A DNA stretch of 64,000 bases from Octopus sinensis (GCF_006345805.1 NC_042999.1:102920001-102984000); one strand, 5' to 3'; shown: positions 39,301 to 53,007, counted from the first letter of the stretch. The notes: generated from the sequence alone by a model not told the origin. Numbers and translations are program-made.

Positions 39301-39674
39301 TTATATATTATACATACATACATACATACATACATAACATACATACATACATACATACATATACACCACTCTCTCTCTCACACACATGCACACATTTATA
39401 TTCTGTTATTCTTTTATATGTTTCAGCCTTGAGGTTGTGGCCATGCTGGATCATGTGTGTGTGTGTGTGTGTCTATCTGTCTGTCTGTCTGTATGTATAT
39501 ATGTATATGTATGTGTGTGAACAATAATATTTTCAACAGATGTGTTGCAAATGTATCTGATTGTTCTCAAGCTTCAATACTGTGTGTGTGTGTATGTGTG
39601 TGTGTGTGTATGTATGTATGTATATGTATGTATGTATGTATGTGTGTGTATGTATGTATGTTGGTATGTATGTA

Positions 39675-39705
<31 letters not shown>

Positions 39706-40382
39706 ATGTATGTATGTATGTATGAGTGTTCCTCAAATCACTATCTCTGGCTATTTACTCTCTTCCAAGAACATTTTCACTCACACTTATGTGTTAGCTT
39801 CCCATACATTTTACTCATGTATCTATCAGCGTGATAGAGAGAAACAAATATTACATCTAGTTTCACTTTATTCGTTGCCCACTGTGTGTGTGCGTTTGCG
39901 TGTGGTGTAAACCAGACTAAGAAAAGCATTTGACACACACACCAGAATGTGAGTTTTCTGTAAATTTTGCTTAATTGGAGTTTAAATTTTAAAAACTGGA
40001 CCTGGCATGACGCGATGCATTGTACTCTTAAAATTGCTAGCTAAATTGTAATTGAAGAAATCCTATATTGTAGATTTGTATAACTCCCAAAGGGAGGCAG
40101 ATAAAATCTGCCTTTTATAATAAGAGATACAATTTTTCTGCGTGTTTAAAGTCACAATCGAAAGAGCTGTCGGGGAATTATATCTAATTTTTGTGATTGA
40201 GAAACGTAATTATTAATTGATTTATTTCTATTTTCTTATTTTTCTTAAATAATTATAAACCTTGGCTTATTTAATTACCTATTTATGAGTATTAAAATTA
40301 ACATTCAAAATAAATAGTAGGTAATAAACCAGTAAATTCATAGGATATTATTACCCCTTAATGAGGCTTATTCAATCACTCC

Positions 40383-40418
<36 letters not shown>

Positions 40419-40430
40419 ATAATATATATA

Positions 40431-41853
40431 ATGACTAGCAAAAGTTTACAACACATAGTAAAACATCCAAGGTTACATATATTGAGTCAACGTAGGTTAA
40501 TGAAATTTCCACTATTTGTGAAGGTTTTCTAATAAATTCAATGCAAAAATCAAAATTATATAATAATGAACAAAAACAATTTTATACGGAAAAATGTTGA
40601 ACTTCAAAACGCAAAAGTTTACAACACATTTAATTAATAAAATCAAATCCCTATTTAGCTGCATAACCCTTGTTGATGATGAGAGCTTGCAGGCGCTTTG
40701 ACTAGTCTTCTGAATACTTTTATATTTGGTGGGGCTTATTTTCCCTCATTCTTCTACACAAAATATTTTCAATTCTTGGCTTTCTTTTTTGAGTTTCAAT
40801 TCTTTCCGCAAATTTTCTGTTGGATTAAGGTCTAGAGATTTATTTAGCCATTCCAGTGCATTAATCCCATTTGTTTTAGCCAATTCTTGGTCAGCTTTGC
40901 TGGATGATTTGAATCGTTATTTTGTTGAAAGACCATCTTTGTTCCAGGTTTAGGGAGCGAGTGCCAGTTATTAAACATCTCTCAAAAACCCCATATATTT
41001 TTCCCCATTCCTTCAACTTTTTCCATTCTTCCAACACCCGATGAGCAAAAACAAGCCCATACCATTACTGATCCGCCTCCAAATTTCACTGTAGGATAAT
41101 ATTCTTTGGTACGTATTCCGTACTGTTCTTTTCTGAAACATTACTGATCGAATTTCTGCCGAAAAGCTCAATCTTAGTTTCGTCAGTCCAAACTATGTTT
41201 TCCCAATATGCTGCCGGTTCATTTAGAGTTTTTTTTGCAAAGTCAAACAAGCTTTTACGTTACGTTTTTTAAGCAATGAGGGGGTGGTCTTTCTTGGAGA
41301 ACGAAAAAAGAGAGCATAACGACGAAGTAATCTACTAATTGTATCGTTGCTCACATGTACTTCATATGCTTCTAGGTCTTCCTGCAGATCTTTGAGTGTA
41401 GTTTGTGGTCTATTACTAGCTGTTCTTGTAAGTTTTCTTGCTGTATGCTCTGCTAACTTATGTGGGCGACCGGAGCGGACTACATGGAAAATGCAACTGC
41501 AATATTTCCACTTACGTATTATCATACCAACTGAACTCAGGGCTACATTAAGCTGTGCAGAGACATTTCTGTACCCATTGCCACTCTTATGAAGGTCAAC
41601 AATACGCTCACGAAGGTCTTGACAATTTGTTTGTTTTTATACCCGATGGTGATGTGCTTTCTACGGTGATATTATCAGAACTCATGCAATGGCTATAAAT
41701 GCACACAAACGAAACTTCGCAAATCTTCTAGAACACTGTAGATATTTTGGGAAAGAAAAGTAATTTTCATTTAAAGTATCTGGAAAATGATTCAAGTGAG
41801 TTAAATACACTTGGACTTTTTGACTCTGTGTTGTAAATTTTTGCGGATCAATG
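40431..41853 (-). mobile_element. Tc1-like (DD34E) transposon fossil
   Basis: RSGRPHKL, WTDETKIELFG, GGGSVMVWACF and DLNPTENL. TIR core GCAAAA(G/A)TTTACAACACA at 40438-40455 and inverted at 41827-41844, ending CAATG|TA. Confidence 0.88.
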
Positions 41854-42085
41854 TATATATACACATGACAAGGAAAAGGAATTAAGGCTATTTGTTTTAC
41901 AGATTGAATCTATTATTTCGTCGCCTGTCTACGAATTATTATTTACTGCCAGGGATTGCATTGCTCTAGTTTCAACTGAATGCAAATTGTTATAGAATTT
42001 TGTCTTTTTCTGAAATTAGGCGTAACTGACTTTGACTGAGATTCCATTTTGTAATTATAAAAATATTCCATATTTATATATATAT

Positions 42086-42131
<46 letters not shown>

Positions 42132-42396
42132 TGCCGCCGGGATTTTGGAAAAATCGTTTTATTTATTCATTATTATTAGCGCTTTTGTTCGTTTCTCGAA
42201 GTTGTCAAATAGAATTCTATTTGACAAGTTTGTGAAACGAACGAAAGGGCTAATAGTAAAGAATAAAAGATTTGTTTTCAAAATTCTGGCGACCTTTTTC
42301 TCAATATTCAATATCTGTATACCACAACTAACATTCTACACACAGACACACAGACACACAGACACACAGACACACACACACACACAGGCACACACA

Positions 42397-42429
<33 letters not shown>

Positions 42430-42465
42430 CACACACACACACACACACACCACACAACACACACA

Positions 42466-42497
<32 letters not shown>

Positions 42498-42558
42498 GCA
42501 TATGTATCATATATCCGAAAAAGAAGCACAGAGTAAAAGCCTACAGCAGTAATGTATT

Positions 42559-42721
42559 TATATGCAGTTAAGTCTATATCCGCCCATAGAGTGACCAATA
42601 GTTTCGCATCCATAAAGGTCCTAGCCCCATGGACAGCTTGTCCATGCGGCTAGGCCCTTTATGGATGCGAAACCGTTAGTCAATCTATGACCGGACATAG
42701 ACAACGACGTAACTGTATATA
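42559..42721. repeat. ~163-bp hairpin/palindrome with 3-nt loop
   Basis: Centre CATGGACA-GCT-TGTCCATG; arms pair with few mismatches and one 5-nt bulge. Confidence 0.9.
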
Positions 42722-42949
42722 AATATCATTCACACCACAAGATCCTTTTGAATGAACAGCACGGATAGGAAGCATTTCTACCACCTCTACACACCAGTTT
42801 CTTTGGATAATGGAACTGCAACTACATCTTTATATATTTTTATTTTTATTTTTTCATTCATTCTCCTATTTCTGCATATACTATTTATTTGCATACTTTC
42901 CCCAAATAACTCCTGTATTGAACTCTAATATTTCCATCTATTTAACCGT

Positions 42950-43006
42950 CTCATGTCGTTTCTGATGAAGAGATATCCCTAATATCCCAGAAACAGCTGT
43001 ACGACT
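42950..43006 (+). ncRNA. Type I hammerhead-like motif in a probable PLE 3' repeat
   Basis: GTCG-ttt-CTGATGA-a-GAGATAT(cccta)ATATCCC-a-GAAAC-AGCT-GTA-CGAC. Palindromic helix III; stem I offset by 3 nt. Confidence 0.6.
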
Positions 43007-43051
43007 AACTTTCTCTTTAGAAATGTCCTGAAAACTCATCACCAACTCATT

Positions 43052-43845
43052 TTATTTAACATATACATGCTCATTCAAGACCCGCATTAGACTCCACACT
43101 CGTATCATTTGCAATCCCACCAGATAGAGAGAAGAACCTTTTCCCCATGAAGTTACATTCTCGTTTGTGGTTGAGTTTATTTCCCTTTTACCAAGCCACT
43201 GTTTACGACGTTTAACATTTCGATAGAAGATTCGTTTTTCGTCACCAGTCACAAGTCTATCCAAAAGGGTGAAATGAGTTCGCGAGATTTGCGGTTGCTT
43301 TTGGACAATTTATGAGGCTTTCATTTTCCAAGTTTAGGAACTTTCCAAGTTGTTGAAGATGACGATGAACAGTTGTATGGTTTGAACTAAGCTTTATTCT
43401 TCAACTGATAATGCAGGATTTTCTTCAAGTAATGCCTCAAGGAGCTCATCATCAAACTCAACTGAACGTCCTATTCGATCTTCATCTTCAAGGCTGAAAT
43501 TTCCACCTCTGAATTTTTGCAAACCATCTTCTACAATTTATTTCATTCAAGCATTCTTTCCCATAAACCGAGTGTATGGTTCGAGTCACTTCATCTGCAG
43601 AGTTCCCTTTTTTGTATTCATAAAGCATTATGTGCCTTAAATGCTCTTTGGCTACTTCCATGTTAGAAATGGTTTTAATCAAAGAAATTTTAATTCAATT
43701 ATTCTGTGAAAGAATATTTAATTAGTTTAAATGTACACAAATGCATAAAAATAATTTTTAATTCCATTAGACATTCTAAAATACTATTAAATTTCATTCC
43801 ATTTTAAGAAAGGTAAAATCGGTCAGAGCTTATGGGATGACCTGA
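43052..43845 (-). mobile_element. Mariner fossil, 5' half with TIR
   Basis: EHLRHIMLYEYKKG...CRRWFAK and DRLVTGDEK. TIR TA|TCAGGTCATCCCATAAG. Confidence 0.9.
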
Positions 43846-44304
43846 TATATATATATATATACATACATAGATACATAGATACATACATACATACATGCAT
43901 ACATACATACGTACATACATACATACATACATACATACATACATACATACATACATACATACACACATACAAACATACGTACATACATACATATATGCTG
44001 TATATATATGTGTGTGTATTTGTGAGAGCTGATTGAAGCAATAAATTAATACACCATAATGTGTTTCAAAGTACCATTATTGGCACCAATATTTAGAACA
44101 TGTGATTGTTGCTGAAAATAAATTACATCCAAGAATTGCAGGAAGCATACAATAAACACTGGCAAATTTCTACACCAACGCTGACATCATAAAATCTTTA
44201 AAAATAGAAAGCATTGTTAAAAATACTTAAGATCACTTCAGTTCAAGCATCAGGACTAGAGTTTATATATTAATATTACTACTCGACTTTTGATTAATAA
44301 TTCT

Positions 44305-44516
44305 TTTAAATTTTGGCATGAGACCAACGAATTTAAGGAAGGAGTAAGTCGATTACATCAACTTCAGAACTTGATTTGTACTTTATTTTATCGACCCTGA
44401 AAGGATGAAAAGATAAGTTGACCTCGGTGGTGTTTAATCTGAGAACGTAAATAAGCCGGAAGGAATGCATTTAAGCATTTTCTGGTCTGCTAACGATCCT
44501 GGCAGCTCGCTGCCTC
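44305..44516 (-). mobile_element. SINE family B, diverged copy
   Basis: TCGACCCTGAAAGGATGAAAG core. Confidence 0.75.
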
Positions 44517-46600
44517 ATGTTCGATTATTCGTATACGTATATACATGTAGGTGTAGTATAGATTCACGGTTAGGTGTTTGAATTGAATTCACGATGTCCC
44601 TGGTTCCATCCCACTAATTGGCATCTTGGGCATATGAAAGTGCATAGAGAAAAACTATATGGACGCCCAACAACTGTATTGTACCTATAATTCAAAAGGT
44701 TCTAGCATCTTCATATTATTTGACATGCTGATTTTCGCTGAAAATTATGTTCAGAGTACAGTTGGTTGTGGAATATTCAGCTACTTTGATGTTGATTTAC
44801 AAACATGGTGATTCAGCATTTGAATCTTCACCGTCGAATGACGAAGATTTATCACACGTACAAACGTGGACACATGTACCCCAAGTATAGGAGGCTCGTT
44901 GGTTTGTCTATTGTCGCGCGATTACATAGAAACCTAAATCAATTGGTAGCCTATAAGAAAGCATCGTACCAACTACCAATTTATCCTCGAGTACCTATTC
45001 AATTTCACCGAGGTTAATCGAAGCTTTCTTCGATAAAATACCAGTTAGGTACTGGCAATTTGATTTATTGATGAAAGTCGATAAAATGAAATATCTGTCA
45101 TAAAATATTGATCGAGGGATTCGATGTGGTAGCGTTGATGTTTCACCGCTACCATGACAACAAACATTTTATCTTATTTAAGTATAAGTTCGAACGCTGA
45201 GTCAACGGAGGGGTGTTTCAACTATATGAAATTTCCAAGCGTTTTAAATGCACACGTCTGTGATATCCAAGTGTCTGTAAAGTGTCAGCAGAAGGGCAGC
45301 AAGGGGTCATGACCTGGATAGAACCAATCCCTCTTAGAGATTAAGATGTTAAAGGACGAAACACTTGCCTGAGGTGTGTATGTGAGAGTGTGTGTGTGGG
45401 CTCTGAAGACCTTCTGCTGTTCAGTTCCCTTGAGAGTTTCTTAACAAGGATGTGTCTCCCTCAATCATAATGAGCTGCACTACGCTGAGCGAGAGACATG
45501 AGGATCACACAGAATTTAACCTCCTCTCCAATACAACCATTTTCATTTTATCGCAGAAGAACGTGGTCATTGATATTCTGGGTAGTATAGAAAGACATTA
45601 TCTTCCTCCCCATTCCCTCCCCAAATCCTTCCTCTTCGTTGTAATGACGATATTGTTAACTGATAGGGAAGTAACAAAACTAATCCCATTAAATTGTTCT
45701 AGAAGACAGTTGATAAACTGATATAAGCAAATTTCACATAGAAAATAAAATATCTTTGAAGCAGAAACGATAACAATAGTATTCTAAATTATAGGTTTAA
45801 TTTCACACAATGCTGACAAGATAAAATCAAGAGGCGGTAATTTTGAGAAACAGAGATACGCAAAAGGATTCATAAACCTTCCAATTTCAGTGATTGATGG
45901 CATCGTTATAAAATTATTTTCTGAATAACGTCAAAAGTTAGTTACGTACTCAGAGAGAAAATGATGTGTGTATCCTATCTGATTGAGGTTCAATCAACTT
46001 CAATTAAATATATATAAATACGTACTTTCATACAGCTTTCTCTGTATAAGATTAGACATACTAACGAATGTTTTTCAGATCCAATCAATCTTATAAATAG
46101 TGGAGATCTACATCGTTTAAAAATGACTTCATTTTCTAAACAGCTACATCAAAATACACAAACAGTTCTTGCGTATATAAAAATAGACATGCTTACAAAC
46201 CCAAACGTTTTCTACCATTTAAAGGTCATAAAAAAAACTTATCATTTCATATCGATCAGCTGTCTCTCCCGCCCACGTTAATTCCATCTCACACTACCTC
46301 TCTTTGGCTATCCTCTTTCAGTTCCCTGTACCTTACCATTACTATTTATTCCCTCTTTAGTCATGCGGTCAGCTCGGCTAATAACACTCTCATGTTTCTC
46401 TCCTATCCGATGAACTGTAAGAGCCCAAAGTTATTTTACTTTTCATAGCAATCAAACTTATCAATATTCTGTTCCTATGTTAGTTGTTCTTTTGCACTTA
46501 AACATGAATTTCCTTTTTAACAATAATGTCTTGGATTTGTAATAGATATTTTGCTACCTCCGTGCCTTTCAGTGACTAAAGTGAAATGAAATATTAGCTA

Positions 46601-47540
46601 GCAGGTTGAGTCAAAAGTTTTTCGTATTTCATGTTTTAATAGTTCAAACAAATTACATACGAAAAGCGTTTATTCATCAAAATACATCCCATCATATTCT
46701 ATTGTTTGTTGGTATTGCTCTGCCACAAACTCAGTTCCACGCTTATACCATTTGTTTAGTTTAGAAGCAAATAACTCCCTGCACCCATACCAACCACATC
46801 TACATTGTTAAACCGCCGTCCTTGCGTCCAAGGCTCGATAAAGGTGGTCATCTGATGGTGCAAGGTCTGCAATCTATCAAGAGTGAAGCAGCACATCCAG
46901 CCCGTCAAGTTACTCAAATTTGTACATGATCACTTTGGTAGGGTGTTCTGAGGCATTGTGTTGTAGGAGTGAGCGTCTTCGAATGATCAATGTCGGATAG
47001 CAGCCTTTCAAAGCATCATATACTTGCAGTAGTTGTTGGGCACAAATGTTAGCGTTCACATATGACCATCTAGGACAAACTCAAAGTGCAAAACCTCTTC
47101 GAAATTCAGTCAAACACACAAAATGACCTTCTGTTCAAACCGTCCCTATTTAACAATAGATTCTGAGGCCTGGTCGGAACGATGCCACTGATTTCTCTTA
47201 TTAGGACTACAAAATTAGATACATTTTTCATCTCCGGTGACAATTCGACACCAAAGACTGGCATCTCGAGGATTTTCCATAATTGTTCGAAATGTTCACA
47301 CGTCGTTGAACCTGGCCAGTGGTCTGTTCATAAGGAGCTTTTCAATGGTTTCTGTATACATGGCCAAGCTTATTGAAATGCCGATTGATGGTGCTTTGTG
47401 AAGGATGAAGTTCTGTCAACAATGTACGAGTGCTTGTGCTTGGTTGTTGTTCAACCATTTCAAGCAAAGCCCCATCTTCCACAATAGAATGTCTCTGACT
47501 TTGATTTAACTTCGAGGTTGTGACTGAATTGACTCTAATC
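46601..47540 (-). mobile_element. Mariner fossil
   Basis: CRIVTGDEK and DLAPSDDHLYRAL. TIR-like left end TA|GCAGGTTGAGTCAAAAG. Confidence 0.8.
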
Positions 47541-47907
47541 TATATATCGTTGACGGGAGATTCGACTGTTATGTCGCTAGTAGATGTGTCTCACTGATGA
47601 TCCCGAAACAGAGCGAAATCACATGGACTAAAAGTTCCGGCAGCTGTAGCTTTCATGCACTACGATTCAATATAAGGCAACCCAGTTTTCTGTGTTCTAA
47701 CACACCATCCAAATTAAGCTGGAGATATTGTCTTTATATACATTACACATAACACACACACACACACACACTCCCATATATGTATATATATACGGACACA
47801 AATACACACACCACACACACAACACACACATAAACACGCATAAACACACACTAACACATGCATATATACACATACATACATACTGCATACATACATATAT
47901 ATGTGTG

Positions 47908-48042
47908 TATGTGTGGTAAGTGGCTTGCTTCCCAACCACATGGTTCTGGGTTTAACTCCACAGTGTGGCACCTTAGGCAGGTGTCTTCTAGCTCGGGTTT
48001 CCAAAACCTCGTGAGTGGAAACTGAAAGAAGCCCATCGTATG

Positions 48043-48084
<42 letters not shown>

Positions 48085-48178
48085 CGTAAAGGACTTTTTC
48101 TATTCCTGAGAGCTATACTAATACATCTGTTTGTTTGTACACTACCTGTCTTCGTATTTTGTTTTTTTCGTAAACTTT

Positions 48179-48218
<40 letters not shown>

Positions 48219-48397
48219 ATGCTTGTGTGTCTGTTTTTCCCCCTCTATCGATTGACAACCGATGTTGGTGTGTTTACGTCCCCGTAACTTAACGGCTGTG
48301 CAAAAGAAACCGATAAAATAAGTACTAGGCTTATTTGTTCGGTTATAGGCGGTATTCCAGCATGGTCGCAGTCGAATGACTGAAACAAGTAAAAGAA
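47908..48397 (+). mobile_element. SINE family A copy
   Basis: Homologous to 3582-3959, with expanded internal TA tracts. Confidence 0.82.
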
Positions 48398-48409
48398 TAG
48401 TATTCTTAA

Positions 48410-48575
48410 CGCTAATTTCCCCGGTTCTTTATCTTCTGGGTTCAAATGTTGTCGAGATATTTACCTTTCATTGTTTCGCGGTCGATAACATATGTACCTG
48501 TTGAACACTGTGGTCGATGTAAGCAAGTACTCCATCTCTATGAAATTGCTGCATTGTGCCAAAATCAGAAACAGA
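48410..48575 (+). mobile_element. SINE family B, diverged copy
   Basis: GGGTTCAAAT...CCTTTCAT...GGTCGATA...GCCAAAAT. Confidence 0.65.
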
Positions 48576-48962
48576 TAACTCTCCTTATACACTCCACGTA
48601 TACATACACATAGAGGCACACATACATATATTCATGAGTAGTTCACATTCTCATATGCGAGTTTGTATGTATATGAGTACAGGAATCGAGTGTGGACACA
48701 CGTACACACATACATAAGTATATGCTTGCATTTGTGTAAAATCACCCTTAGCAGCTTGTTTCTCTTGCCTAAGTTTACAGCAAATGTTCTGTTAATCAGG
48801 TAAGCAGTGAATAAACTACGCAATCAAAAAAAAAAAACGCTAATTGAAATTTGTTTTTTTAGTTAGTGAATGAAAACAAAATCCTAGTAGTAGTTGTTAG
48901 CGATTCTCAAAGAAAAAATGGAATAAATCCAAAATATTGAGAATTAATTTTCATTCTTATAG

Positions 48963-49087
48963 ATGTAACCCTTACATTTGATATAAAAACTGGAAAAGAA
49001 AATTTAGATGAAATGATAGATATATTACAAGTTTATGCACGTGATCAAAAGTTTGTTGTAAATCAAAGCTTTATCAGAAATGTCTAA
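48963..49087 (+). CDS. Candidate terminal coding exon, unidentified protein (xVTLTFDIKTGKENLDEMIDILQVYARDQKFVVNQSFIRNV*)
   Basis: Strong acceptor TTTTCATTCTTATAG, 40 open codons of protein-like composition, TAA at 49085-49087, AATAAA at 49115. Confidence 0.35.
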
Positions 49088-49680
49088 TGTTATTGTAGCC
49101 CAGGGCAGATTAGAAATAAATTTGATAAGTATCGGTGAAGATTTGGTTGCTTGAAATGTGGTAAAAGATTAAATCTAGCTGAAGTGTATACAAGAATCTA
49201 TAACATATCTTGTGTAAGTTCTGGTGTGGTGTGTTATGTCACCAACTGGCTTTGTTGTGACCTCTAAAAACATTGAGCTGTGTGTGTGCGTGTGTGTGTG
49301 TGCGTATGTATGTGTGTGTGCGTGTATGTATGAGAATAGTTCATGTGTTTCTAGGTAATGTAATTTGGTACTGCAAGCTAAATAAGTAAACAATTAAGTT
49401 ATACAATGTACCTGATAAATAAACGAATTGAACTAGTATTGTTTTTCTTATTATTGAGAACTAATAGACTGCTCAGCAGCTAAAGTGAAAAGAAAGTTTC
49501 TTGACAACGCTATATCACTTAAGTAAGTGCGTCATTGCCTAAAGGAGTCGATCAGCCAAGAGGGTAAGTGATTTATCATTACGCCAGTGTTTGAAGCTAT
49601 TATAATAATGATAATAATTATTATTTAACATTAGATAATTTCAGGCAAATTTCTAAGGTATCATCAGCTACTCCTCTGTG

Positions 49681-49724
<44 letters not shown>

Positions 49725-49752
49725 TTATTATTATTATTATTATTATATTATT

Positions 49753-50304
49753 GAGTGAGAGAGCAGTGCATGCCATCAAAGTGACACCGGGGTAAAATAT
49801 ACGAAGCCCAGTATACACATCAGGACTACACGTCTGATAAGGGTACACTAGGCACATGCATCACAACCATATGTTGTGACATGGTGATCTCATATCAAGA
49901 TAAACAGCGCATGACCTTGCTGGTGGGGCCCAGTTAGAAATTTCTTCTGCTCGAGAAGCCCATCCCGTTCAAAAGGTCCCTGATTAAGGATTTTTAAGGA
50001 TGTTGAACGAACAACCTATGTTTTCAAAGGTGAATTATCCAAACCTCCAAGAATTCCTTTCAACACACGGCTACGATACTTCCCCACTACTTCTGCTCAT
50101 GATCAGAGATGCATATATTGTCAGCCACTAAGGGACATGATCAACTGGTTATGGTCAAACAACTGACAAGCAAGTATGTGGTATTGAGCAGAATATCTGC
50201 TGTAGCCCATCTTTTATTCCAAGACAAAACAATGTACATGATAACACTTCCACTCAGTTAAGATCAGAAGCCATGAGAGCCACTGTCTGGTATTGCATCA
50301 GGGC

Positions 50305-50306
<2 letters not shown>
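49753..50306 (-). mobile_element. ~550-bp non-coding insertion within (TAA)n, probable non-autonomous retroelement
   Basis: Sharp boundaries with (TTA)n tracts on both sides; no TE peptide seen. Confidence 0.55.
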
Positions 50307-50366
<60 letters not shown>

Positions 50367-50390
50367 TATTATTATTATTATTATTATTAT

Positions 50391-52908
50391 GTTTTTTCCT
50401 TCTTTCTTCAAATTTTCTTCCGTTTCTCGCCGAGTGTTTTCCATACACCTAGGGCAGAGAAGGACATTGTATGCATTCCCAGATTACACGCGCAAATTCA
50501 CAGATAAAATATATATTTAAAAATTAATAAATAAATAAATTCATGGATGGATGTTGTTTTCACAGCGATAATGCTCTTCTCAGTACATGATCCGTTCCAG
50601 TTAATACGATGTTTTGCACTTCCTGTAAGGATGGTAAGCCTAGAATCATTTTCAAATAGGTTTCAGTACCTCTTTTTTATCATTCCTAGAGATCCTACAA
50701 TCACTGGTACTGTAGTCGCTTTGAGATGCCACATTTTTTTCAATTTCTATTAGCAGGTCTTCATATTTACTAATCTTGTCGAATTCTTTCGCCGCTATAT
50801 TGTGATCACAGGGAATACTCATATCAATTAATAAACACATCCTTTTTGTCTGATCTTTTATAATAATATCCGGTTTATTAGCTTTTATAGTCTTGTCGGT
50901 CTGCACGGGGAAGTCCCATAGAGTCGACACATTTTCTCCCTCAGTCACAGCTTCAGGATGATGTTTATACCATTTGTCAGCGGTTTTGATTTTATAATGC
51001 CGACATATTGTCCAATGTATATACTGGCCGACTCTGTCATGTCTTGCTTTATATTCTACAGGTGCTAAGACTCTACACACTGAGATTAGGTGGTCTATTG
51101 TTTCAATCTCATCGTTACAGAATCGGCATTTGGGGTCTGCTCCATTTTTCATCACATTGGCTTGATAGTTCCGGGTTAATAAGCTTTGGTCTTGAGCGGC
51201 TAATATGAAACCTTCACTCTCTGCTTTTAGCCCTGAACTTCGTAACCATTGGTGCGTGTGTTTCTGGTCGACATCAGCTTGTTTGCTACGGGCCACATAC
51301 TTGCCATGGAGAGGTTTCTGTTCCCATCTGCTAGCTAAATTTTCATGTGCTTTTGTCTTTGCAATTAATTTTATTTTCTTTGCAGCTGCAGTTGGCGCAT
51401 TTCCTTCAGCCTGCTCAATCTGGTGGGTATCTAAGAGATCAGCAGCGAATTTTTTGCTCTCTTTGAGAATAGAGTGAAGTTTTTGAGGTCTTTCATGTTT
51501 TTCAACAAGTTTTAGCATCCAATCGTTGGTTGTTTCAAGGTATTTGGCCAGTCCGATTGTGGTGGTTTTGTATGTAAGTTCAAGCTGGATCAAACCTCGA
51601 CCTCCCTGAGCTCTATGAAGGTAAAGGCGATCCACGTCTGCCTTTGGATGGTGCATCTTATTACAAGTCGGTAGCTTGCGGATTTTTCTGTCAATTTTCA
51701 TTACTTCACTGGTATTCCAGTTAAGCACATTGAAGCTATAAAGAACAACTGGTACTGCTAAGGAATTTATGGCTAAAACCTTATTATATGCATTCAGCTC
51801 AGACTTCAGGACTGCTTGAACTCTTCTGTAACATTCTTTCCTAACCTTTTCTTTCATGCTTGCATGCTGGATACCAGAGCCTTCATTTATTCCTAGGTAT
51901 TTATAGGTTTGTTCCTGCTCAAGTTCCTTTATTACTATTTCGACATCTAATTCGATTGAACTAGACTTTACCAATTTCCCTTTCGTAAAAGTGGCTTTGG
52001 CACACTTTTCAAGGCCAAACTCCATCCCGATATCATCACTGAATCCTTTCACAGTATGTAATAATCCTTCAAGCTCTTCGTCATCTTTGCCATATAGCTT
52101 TAAGTCATCCATATAAAATAGATGGCTTATTTTCTGTTGTCAATTTTGTAGCCATATCCTGTTCTATTCAGTTCACTTGAGAGTGGTATTAGTGCTATGC
52201 AGAAAATTAGTGGTGAAAGTGAGTCACTTTGGAAAATTCCACAGTTTATGCTAATGTTGTTTGAGTGCACTACTCCATTAGAATGATATAATTGGAGCTT
52301 CGTGTTCCATAGTGAGAAATTATACTTTAAAAAATCTGAAATCACAGGAGAAATTTTGAAAATGTCCAGCGATTTCAGAATCCACGAATGTGGTATACTG
52401 CCAAAGGCTTTTTTATAATCAATCCATGAAGAGCTGAGATTTCTGCGCTTGTTATGGCAGTTCTCAAGGATCCGTATGAGCCTCGTCTGCATCCTTTTTG
52501 TTCAGTGGGAAAGCGGTTATTCTCTTCCATAACGTATGTTTTCTCTACTAGAATAGATATCAAAATCTTATAGGTAGTAGATAAACATGTTATAGGCCGG
52601 TAGGTTTTTGGGTTTTTCGTTTTGTTATTTTTGGGGAGGAGGTAAGTAATACCATTTGCCATCCAATGTGGTGTTTTTTCCGGGTCTTTCATAATACTAT
52701 TAAATAGTATTACTAACATTTTGTGTGCGGACGAGAGTGATGAAAGCCAGAAATTTGGTACTCTATCAATACCAGGGGATTTCCACTTATGAGCTTTCCT
52801 TAGTGCCCTCCTTAGGTCGGCGATTCAGATGTCTTCCCATACCTGTTCTTGTAGACTTTTGTAGACATCTTGGGTGCGTTTGATCCACTCTGCATTTTCA
52901 TTGTATGG

Positions 52909-52910
<2 letters not shown>
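50391..52910 (-). mobile_element. R4/Dong-clade non-LTR retrotransposon, 5'-truncated, in (TAA)n
   Basis: RT, CCHC knuckle and restriction-like endonuclease motifs; flanked by (TTA)n on both sides. Confidence 0.92.
50652..52112 (-). pseudogene. R4/Dong ORF C-terminal part: RT thumb, zinc knuckle, REL endonuclease (486 open codons)
   Basis: MDDLKLY, HPKADVDRLY...GGRGL, CRFC...ETIDHLISVC, RHD, NKPDIII and LIDMSIP...K. Upstream RT segments (52127-52900) are frameshifted. Confidence 0.9.
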
Positions 52911-52954
<44 letters not shown>

Positions 52955-52968
52955 TATTATTATTATTA

Positions 52969-53007
<39 letters not shown>

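Noticed and set aside
46080-46270. Open frame after a CTAAC...TTTTCAG acceptor
   Set aside because: No good donor and no phase-compatible partner exon.
47595-47630. CTGATGATCCCGAAAC, a hammerhead look-alike
   Set aside because: No stem II. It reads DDPETER, the YDPETKRQS motif of a plus-strand mariner fragment (47540-47650).
50055-50095. 12-nt match to U4 snRNA (AGTATCGTAGCC) on the minus strand
   Set aside because: Too short, and the flanks do not match U4.
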